A DNA stretch of 64,000 nt from an uncultured Magnetococcales bacterium (lineage in GTDB: Bacteria > Pseudomonadota > Alphaproteobacteria > UBA2136). This document shows, piece by piece, positions 57,861-64,000 of the stretch (position 1 is the stretch's first letter; each line of letters opens with the position of its first letter). The notes beneath the pieces are model-generated. The model was not told where the DNA came from. It made no database searches and was given only the letters and a program-made list of their open reading frames with translations. The position numbers and the translations under genes are program-made. Location: positions 445,256 through 509,255 of the forward strand of contig CAXBBG010000001.1 in NCBI GenBank assembly GCA_963974105.1. Direction: 5' to 3'.

Positions 57861-58646
57861 ATGGCTAAAGGCGGTAAATATGTATCTAAAGAAGCAGATG
57901 AACAAGGCTTCTTTCATTACACCGAGTCTGAAAATGCTGTTTGGCGCGACCTAGTAACACGGCAGAAATCTATTTTACCAGGGCTTGTGTGCGACGCTTA
58001 TTTGCATGGGTTAGATGTTTTAAAACTTTCAGAGGATCGTGTCCCACAACTTAAGGACGTGAGTGCAGTTTTGCAAAAAGAGACAGGCTTTGGAGTAACA
58101 GCTGTCCCCGCCCTTATTTCTCCGCATAGATTTTTCGAACTTTTATCTAAGAGACAATTTCCAGCAGCAACGTTTATTCGCACCTCAGAAGAATTTGATT
58201 ATCTACAAGAGCCAGATGTTTTTCATGAAGTTTGGGGGCATTGCCCAATGCTGACGGATAAAACGTATACCGATTTTATTCAAAAGTATGGTGAACTCGC
58301 CTTAACGCTCGATAAAAAATATATATGGATGATGCAGAGGCTTTTTTGGTTTACGGTGGAATTTGGCTTGATAGATGAAGGTAAAGGACCTCTTATTTAT
58401 GGTGCGGGCATTGTTTCTTCTTCTGGGGAAAGCCCTTACGCTTTGAAAAGTGATGAGCCAGAGCGCCTACCTTTTGATATTTTGGATGTTTTTAGAACGC
58501 CATACCGTATTGATATCTACCAGCGTAAATATTTTGTGATTAAATCATTTAAAGACCTTTACGATGTGGTGAGCCATGACCTGGTACCGTTGATGGATAA
58601 AGCGCTAGAGCTTGGTATGCATGAACCAACATATCCTGCTAAATAA
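57861..58646 (+). CDS. phhA: Phenylalanine-4-hydroxylase (biopterin-dependent aromatic amino acid hydroxylase)
   Basis: Iron-binding His/Glu motifs in PDVFHEVWGHCPMLTD and ...FTVEFGL are typical of bacterial PhhA. 261 aa. Confidence 0.85.
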   Translation: MAKGGKYVSKEADEQGFFHYTESENAVWRDLVTRQKSILPGLVCDAYLHGLDVLKLSEDRVPQLKDVSAVLQKETGFGVTAVPALISPHRFFELLSKRQFPAATFIRTSEEFDYLQEPDVFHEVWGHCPMLTDKTYTDFIQKYGELALTLDKKYIWMMQRLFWFTVEFGLIDEGKGPLIYGAGIVSSSGESPYALKSDEPERLPFDILDVFRTPYRIDIYQRKYFVIKSFKDLYDVVSHDLVPLMDKALELGMHEPTYPAK

Positions 58647-58772
58647 GTGCATATAAAGCACAGACTTAAGTTACATTGCCTTATTTTAAAGGATGTTATG
58701 AGTAATGAATGTACATACGCGTAAAAAATGGGTATATACTTGTAAATGTTTAAAAATATAAAGGTTAAGTAA

Positions 58773-59540
58773 ATGAAATTACGTATATTAGGGTGCGACG
58801 GCGGCCGAGGGCTTGGTTATAATAGTACGACACTCTTGTTTAATGACCATGTACTTTTAGACGCAGGAACAATTCAAAGTGAAATTACGCTTGAAGATGC
58901 TTTAAAAGTTACTGATATATTCTTAACACATGCACACTTAGACCATTTGCTGGACTTGCCCTTTTTATTAGACGCAACGTTTGAGCAGCGCCGTCAGCCA
59001 CTGCGCATACACGCTACTAAGGAAACATTAGATGTCATGATGACGCATATTTTTAATGATCAAATTTGGCCTAATTTTTCTAAGTTACCAACCGCAGACT
59101 CAGGTCAATTTACGCTACATGAAATTAAGTCTGGTGTATCATATAAAGCGGGCGAACTTACTTTTATGCCGATTGATGTAGACCATACTGTGCCAACAGT
59201 AGGCTATAAAATATCTGACGCAAATGGGTCTTTGGTCTTTTCAGGTGACACTTGCCCTGTGGACAGTATCTGGGAAGTTGCTAACAATGCAGAAAACTTA
59301 GAAGCGGTGATTGTTGATCTTTCATTCCCTATTAGCGAGCAGCATATTGCAACTCTTTCAAAGCATATGACAGCGGCAGATGTAGAAGATCAGCTTAAAA
59401 AACTAAAGGTTGATTGTGACGTTTATGTTTTCCATTACAAGGTTGGGCTTGCCTCAATTTTAGAGGGGCAAACTAAAAAAATAATGCACTTTGGTAAGCC
59501 TGTTAAAACGCTTAGAAAATATAAAGAGCTTATTATCTAA
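58773..59540 (+). CDS. Class II 3',5'-cyclic-nucleotide phosphodiesterase-like metallo-beta-lactamase-fold protein
   Basis: N-terminal LRILGCDGGRGLGYNSTTLLF...LLDAGT, then THAHLDHLLDLPFLL (HxHLDH), resembling PDE class II (yeast PDE1, Vibrio CpdP). No signal peptide. Confidence 0.55.
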   Translation: MKLRILGCDGGRGLGYNSTTLLFNDHVLLDAGTIQSEITLEDALKVTDIFLTHAHLDHLLDLPFLLDATFEQRRQPLRIHATKETLDVMMTHIFNDQIWPNFSKLPTADSGQFTLHEIKSGVSYKAGELTFMPIDVDHTVPTVGYKISDANGSLVFSGDTCPVDSIWEVANNAENLEAVIVDLSFPISEQHIATLSKHMTAADVEDQLKKLKVDCDVYVFHYKVGLASILEGQTKKIMHFGKPVKTLRKYKELII

Positions 59541-59558
59541 TATAGAAATGCTACATAC

Positions 59559-60209
59559 CTAGTTGTCTAGGGTAAATTCTTCTAGAACAGGTTTGAAGTT
59601 AAAAAGGGATGCATCTAGCGTGTGCCCTTGTTGCAGGTTGGCAAATAAAATACTCACACCTTGCCCAAAGTTATCACGACTGCTCATACTTAAAAGGCTT
59701 AAGGGTTTGTTGTTGAACTTTAAAACAAAGCTGTTTTCATCGTCTTGTTTGAGAGAAAGTTCTATAATTGTGACATCATCATAATTTTGGATATTGTGTA
59801 TGTTAAAGTCGCCGTTATTGAATGAAAATGAATCTTTGGTTAATAATCCAGCAAAGCCACTGTGAAGGGGTAGTTGAGTTGTTTGCTCTGTTTCAGGGTC
59901 GTGGAAAAATAGCCTACTGCCTGTCGAAACCAGTTTTTGCTCGTTCGGTATTTTGTATTGCCACAAAAATTGTTTGGGGCGGTTAAGGTAAAGTGTTCCT
60001 GTCATATAAGGTGTGCCTGGTGCCTGTTGTTGGAAGTCGGCTTCAAGTGTGGTTATACCATTGAGGTAAGACTCTATTTCTTCAACGGAAGCTGCTTGCG
60101 CTGTAAGCGGGAGTGTTAAAAGAAGGCTTAGAGTATATAGACGTGTCATAAAATATTTCATGAGCCGATTATGACGCTTTACAAGTGAATAGGCAATAGT
60201 TATAAACAA
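59559..60209 (-). CDS. lolA: Outer-membrane lipoprotein carrier protein LolA
   Basis: Signal peptide, then ...LEADFQQ...GTLYLNRPKQFLWQYK...GSRLFFHDPETEQTT, matching the LolA pattern. The likely start is the internal MKYFMTRL Met. Confidence 0.7.
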   Translation of the reverse strand: MFITIAYSLVKRHNRLMKYFMTRLYTLSLLLTLPLTAQAASVEEIESYLNGITTLEADFQQQAPGTPYMTGTLYLNRPKQFLWQYKIPNEQKLVSTGSRLFFHDPETEQTTQLPLHSGFAGLLTKDSFSFNNGDFNIHNIQNYDDVTIIELSLKQDDENSFVLKFNNKPLSLLSMSSRDNFGQGVSILFANLQQGHTLDASLFNFKPVLEEFTLDN

Positions 60210-60238
60210 AGTATCATTTATAAAAAGGAGTACGCGTT

Positions 60239-60880
60239 ATGTTAATGGGTCCAGAATATGTTCCTGAAGGGGCAACAAAGGCTGTTGTTTTATTACATGG
60301 TTTTGGGAGTGATGGCGATGATTTGTTTTCGCTTGCACCTTACATTGCACGTGAAGGTCTTGAAGAGGTTGCTTTTTTTGCGCCAAACGGCCCAAGCATG
60401 ACCGACACAGGTATGGGGTACCAATGGTTTAGCGACAAAGGTTGGACATTTATTGACCGCGAGGGCATCGAAGAGGCAAAAGACTTGCTAGAGTCATATA
60501 TTATCAAACATGTGTGCGGTAATAATGGTATAGATTTTGAAAATGTTGCCATTGTAAGTTTTTCACAAGGGACTATGACTTCTTTATTTGCAGTACCACG
60601 CTTTGAGAAGCCTTTAGCAGGCATTGTTGCTTTAAGTGGGCGTATGATGTGGCATGAAGAGCTCGAGGATTTAGATAGCTACCATAAAGTGCCTGTACAC
60701 TTTATGCACGGTGAAGAAGATGAGGTTGTGGAATGCAACGATAGCTATATTTCGTATAGCGAATTAGAAGGTTTAGATTTTGACCGTTTAAGTATTACTG
60801 TTTTGCCAGAATTAGGGCATGCAATTGATGAGCGCGTCATTAAAGAAACGGCGGCGCATTTAAAGAAAATGCTGAAATAA
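60239..60880 (+). CDS. Phospholipase/carboxylesterase-family alpha/beta hydrolase
   Basis: VVLLHGFGSDGDDL, nucleophile elbow VSFSQGT and C-terminal His (LGHAID), typical of the PF02230-like esterase family. Confidence 0.7.
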   Translation: MLMGPEYVPEGATKAVVLLHGFGSDGDDLFSLAPYIAREGLEEVAFFAPNGPSMTDTGMGYQWFSDKGWTFIDREGIEEAKDLLESYIIKHVCGNNGIDFENVAIVSFSQGTMTSLFAVPRFEKPLAGIVALSGRMMWHEELEDLDSYHKVPVHFMHGEEDEVVECNDSYISYSELEGLDFDRLSITVLPELGHAIDERVIKETAAHLKKMLK

Positions 60881-60911
60881 AAAAAACCTCCCATTCGGGA
60901 GGTTTTTTTTA
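60878..60911. terminator. Bidirectional rho-independent terminator between the esterase and desaturase genes
   Basis: A-run, AACCTCCC-ATTC-GGGAGGTT, then TTTTTTTT. Confidence 0.75.
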
Positions 60912-62270
60912 TTTCGATATAGCTGAAAGTTCAGCACGGTAAAGACGTAAATCTTGCTCAGCTTTTTCTTGGCGTGATTGCCAAAATTTCACAAGAGGAG
61001 AGCCTTCATCTACGAGTGCTTCAATTTTAAGTTTAAAGGAAGTAATCGCAGCTTCCAGCTGTTCAATGAGACAAAACAAAGCCTCTTTATGCTCACCTGT
61101 TAATGAAGTGATTTTATCTTTTGCCAGTCTTAACTCAGCATCAAACTGGCCCTTTAAACTTTCCTTTTGCGTATAAAATTGCTCGGAAAGTTCTAGTAGG
61201 GCGGCTTCAAGTGAAAATAAAACCTGTTTTTGATGCACAGCCATAGCCTCAGCACTTGTGGGCTTTAGTTTATATTTTAATAAACCTAAAATATCAAACA
61301 AATCAATAATACGTGCATGAATATCAAGTACGTACATCAATTTAGCGCGCCATTGTGACTTGTTGCCATCATGTATAATGCCGTGCTCGTAAGAGTAACC
61401 AAAAGCATGATGACCGCTATGGAAACCTTCGCCAAACACAAGTATAGCAACCCACCAATTGTCTTTGGCGGCGCCTGTTTTATGATTTTGATAAACAGCC
61501 TTGCCCCAAATATGGCAGGCGCTATTTACAAAAAATGTAGCGTGTTGGCATGCCATACGGGCACAGTTAATGGTTAAAAATGTAAGCCCTATACTCCAGT
61601 AAATTTCAGATACGTTGTATGCTTGACCTAAAATAAAAGACCAAAAATCAACAGAAATGATAAGTCCTAATAGAACAGGGAATACAGCAGCACAGATAAT
61701 ATACAATGCTAAATAGTTTTTGTTTTGCCAAACAAGCAGAGGGTCTTTTTCAAGTTCTGCGCGTTTTGAAGCGCTATGATTTTCATAGTCAAACTCACCA
61801 ATTTTAATATAACAAAGCCATCCAACATGTGACCAAATAAAACCTTTTAAAGTACTTTTGTACTCGTTGGGTGTATGGTGGTCTTTGCCAGGTATGTCTT
61901 CATTTAAATGGTGCAGCCAATGACGTAAAATCCATGAAATAGCATCGCCTTGTCCTGTGAATGCGCCAGCTAAAACACCATATAAACGTGTTAAAAAGCA
62001 AATAAATTTGGCTGTAGGTGTGTCGTTAAACTCAAACGACTTATGCGTCCAATAACGGTGGTATACACCGATAGAAAGGATACATAATCCATATGTAACC
62101 ACAAACATAGTGATATATTTTAACCAGCCGCCATGTATAAGAAGGGCTGTTAAAAGTGAAGGGACGAACAAAAAAGGACAAACCACTAAAAGTGTAAACA
62201 TAACCCAGTTAAAGGGCGGTAAATGTTTTTGGCTTTTGGGTTTCCCTATAATGGGGGTTAATTTAAACAT
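60909..62270 (-). CDS. Membrane acyl-lipid/acyl-CoA delta-9-type fatty acid desaturase with C-terminal coiled-coil extension
   Basis: His boxes HRYWTH, HWLHH and HSGHHAF in a four-TM context. The ~130 C-terminal residues form a predicted coiled coil not typical of desaturases. The start is the ATG at 62270, with an AGGAGG RBS 8 nt upstream. Confidence 0.7.
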   Translation of the reverse strand: MFKLTPIIGKPKSQKHLPPFNWVMFTLLVVCPFLFVPSLLTALLIHGGWLKYITMFVVTYGLCILSIGVYHRYWTHKSFEFNDTPTAKFICFLTRLYGVLAGAFTGQGDAISWILRHWLHHLNEDIPGKDHHTPNEYKSTLKGFIWSHVGWLCYIKIGEFDYENHSASKRAELEKDPLLVWQNKNYLALYIICAAVFPVLLGLIISVDFWSFILGQAYNVSEIYWSIGLTFLTINCARMACQHATFFVNSACHIWGKAVYQNHKTGAAKDNWWVAILVFGEGFHSGHHAFGYSYEHGIIHDGNKSQWRAKLMYVLDIHARIIDLFDILGLLKYKLKPTSAEAMAVHQKQVLFSLEAALLELSEQFYTQKESLKGQFDAELRLAKDKITSLTGEHKEALFCLIEQLEAAITSFKLKIEALVDEGSPLVKFWQSRQEKAEQDLRLYRAELSAISK

Positions 62271-62395
62271 GAGATTTACCTCCTTTGAGGTGAGGGTATG
62301 TAAAATATAAAGGTTGTTAAAGCCTTTGAAAAAATTAAAGTGTTTGCTTGAGAGTAAAGGTATGATGTTTTTAAAAAACAATCAAGGCTTAATGG

Positions 62396-64000
62396 TTAAT
62401 ATCCATCTTCAGGTGGTTGCTGAATAATTACTTCGCGTTTCCCAACGTGGTTGGCAGCACTTATCATGCCGTCCGCTTCCATCTGTTCAATAAGTGTTGC
62501 CGCACGGTTGTAGCCAATTTTTAAATGGCGTTGAATGAAGGACGTTGATGCTTTTTGTTCGCGTGCCACAACGTCAATAGCTTGACGGTAAAGGGGGTCG
62601 TTTTGATCTCCGCCCTCACTTGGTGCACCCGTACTACCTTCGTTTGGTGTCGGCAATTTGAAAATATCAATATAGTCTGGCTGACCTTGACTTTTGAGGT
62701 GGTTCACTACAGCATGGCATTCATCTTCATCAATAAAGGCACCGTGCAAGCGTGTAAGGCCGTTTGAACCATTTTCTAGATAAAGCATATCACCTTTACC
62801 TAAAAGCTGTTCAGCCCCCATGCTATCAAGTACGGTACGCGAGTCGATTTTAGATGTAACGCTAAATGAAATACGTGTCGGGATATTGGCTTTAATTAAA
62901 CCAGTAATAACGTCAACACTTGGTCTTTGTGTTGCGACAAGTAAGTGGATACCTGAAGCACGTGCCATTTGGGCTAAGCGTGCAATCGAAATTTCTACTT
63001 CTTTGCCTGCTACCATCATCAAATCGGCTAATTCATCAATCACAACCACGATGTAAGGAAGTTCCGCATCACATAACGGGTGAAGTTCATATGTTGGTTG
63101 ACCTGTGTTCGGGTCAAAACCGGTTTGTACTTGTTTTTGAGGGATTTGATCCTTCGCTTGCATCTCACCAAATTTAGCATTAAAACTTTGCATGTTTTTA
63201 ACACCAAACTCGCTCATCAATTTATAACGGCGCTCCATTTCGCATACAACCCATTTTAAAGCGCCAGCTGCTTTGTGTGGATCAATAATAACAGGTGAAA
63301 GCAAATGAGGGATATCATTGTAAATGGAAAGCTCTAACATTTTAGGGTCAATCATCACAAAGCGTAATTGTTCAGGTGTCATACGGCATAGTAAGCTAAC
63401 AATAAATCCATTCATAGCAACAGACTTACCAGAACCTGTGGTACCAGCAATAAGAGCATGAGGCATTTTGGCGATATCTGCAACAACTGGGTTACCTGCG
63501 GTGTCCACACCCATAGCAACGGTAAGTTTTCCAGCAGCGGTTTCAAATATCTCAGTTGATATAATATCTTTAAAAGTTACCATTTTGCGTTTTTGGTTCG
63601 GCATTTCAATACCAATAACGGTGCGTCCTGGCACAGGCGCAATACGGATAGCTGTCGCGCTCATAGCACGGGCAAGGTCATTGGAAAGTCCAATAACGGT
63701 AGCTGTTTTAACCCCAGCAGCAGGCTCTAATTCGTAAATAGTAATCACAGGGCCTGGGCAAATTTTAGTAACAGTACCTTTAACACCAAAGTTAGCAAGC
63801 TGTTGTTCTATCATGCGTGCATTTTGCTGCAAGGCATTTTCTGACTCACCAATATTAGCATCCTTGTTTTCACTAAAAAGGTGAAGAGGAGGCATTTGAT
63901 AACTGTTATCTTTAAGGTCAAGTGGCAGCATGGTTTGCTGTTCTTTAAGCCTTTCGTTGCTTATTTTAGCTTCAACTACAGTATGACGTTCAATTGTAGG
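62396..64000 (-). CDS. ftsK: DNA translocase FtsK (C-terminal motor and gamma domains; 5' part beyond window end)
   Basis: RecA-like motor (GTTGSGKS Walker A, VVIDELADLM Walker B) and C-terminal winged-helix gamma domain (LYRQAIDVV...STSFIQRHLKIGYNRAATLIEQME). The ORF is still open at the window edge. Confidence 0.9.
   Translation of the reverse strand, partial: PTIERHTVVEAKISNERLKEQQTMLPLDLKDNSYQMPPLHLFSENKDANIGESENALQQNARMIEQQLANFGVKGTVTKICPGPVITIYELEPAAGVKTATVIGLSNDLARAMSATAIRIAPVPGRTVIGIEMPNQKRKMVTFKDIISTEIFETAAGKLTVAMGVDTAGNPVVADIAKMPHALIAGTTGSGKSVAMNGFIVSLLCRMTPEQLRFVMIDPKMLELSIYNDIPHLLSPVIIDPHKAAGALKWVVCEMERRYKLMSEFGVKNMQSFNAKFGEMQAKDQIPQKQVQTGFDPNTGQPTYELHPLCDAELPYIVVVIDELADLMMVAGKEVEISIARLAQMARASGIHLLVATQRPSVDVITGLIKANIPTRISFSVTSKIDSRTVLDSMGAEQLLGKGDMLYLENGSNGLTRLHGAFIDEDECHAVVNHLKSQGQPDYIDIFKLPTPNEGSTGAPSEGGDQNDPLYRQAIDVVAREQKASTSFIQRHLKIGYNRAATLIEQMEADGMISAANHVGKREVIIQQPPEDGY

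Overview
This window is a 64-kb chromosomal segment from an AT-rich bacterium; gene content and order look alphaproteobacterial, possibly from a reduced or host-associated lineage, but the taxonomy is my inference. It is mostly core genes, densely packed on both strands. From the left it holds gpsA (partial), tsaD, fpg broken by an in-frame stop, mnmE, coaE, maf and comM/yifB. Next comes a small insert (a 56-aa protein, an M48-like membrane metallopeptidase and a zinc-ribbon protein) bounded by terminators. The replication-initiation block follows as gyrB, recF, dnaN, dnaA and rpsT, all on the minus strand. Just upstream of rpsT is a perfect 18-bp inverted repeat carrying two consensus DnaA boxes (TGTGGATAA / TTATCCACA). 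Then come an aldo-keto reductase, two DsbA-like thioredoxin-fold proteins, a zf-CHCC protein, tRNA-Arg(CCG), proline iminopeptidase, dksA, a trm112-like protein, DUF971, the copper chaperone PCuAC, an ABC-2 exporter (ATPase plus two permeases) and dnaQ. The heat-shock locus hrcA-grpE-dnaK-[small secreted Asn/Tyr/Gly-rich ORF]-dnaJ is preceded by two tandem CIRCE-like operators. Downstream are nth, a degenerate Nudix gene and a surface-polysaccharide nucleotide-sugar cluster (UDP-GlcA 4-epimerase, ugd, galU, WbpM/PglF-like dehydratase, WecA/WbpL-like transferase, SDR epimerase, GT1 transferase, heparinase II/III-like protein, wecB) with nhaA embedded in it. The window ends with rpe, rsmB, a secreted hypothetical, fxsA, an HD-domain hydrolase related to RelA/SpoT, a PAS-GAF-GGDEF-EAL protein, phhA, a class II cyclic-nucleotide phosphodiesterase-like protein, lolA, an esterase, a membrane fatty-acid desaturase and the 3' part of ftsK. 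Other unusual points are two paralogous eukaryotic-type phosphomannomutase (PMM/Sec53-family) HAD proteins and several repeat-rich noncoding regions, including a triple 15-bp repeat upstream of rsmB. There is also a possible neighbourhood of second-messenger turnover genes (HD, GGDEF/EAL, cNMP phosphodiesterase). I found no CRISPR array, transposase, integrase or rRNA. I see no single unambiguous novel system; the strongest candidates are listed as findings with alternatives. All calls rest on reading the translated ORFs and motifs by eye, with no database search. Coordinates of short motifs may be off by 1-2 nt.
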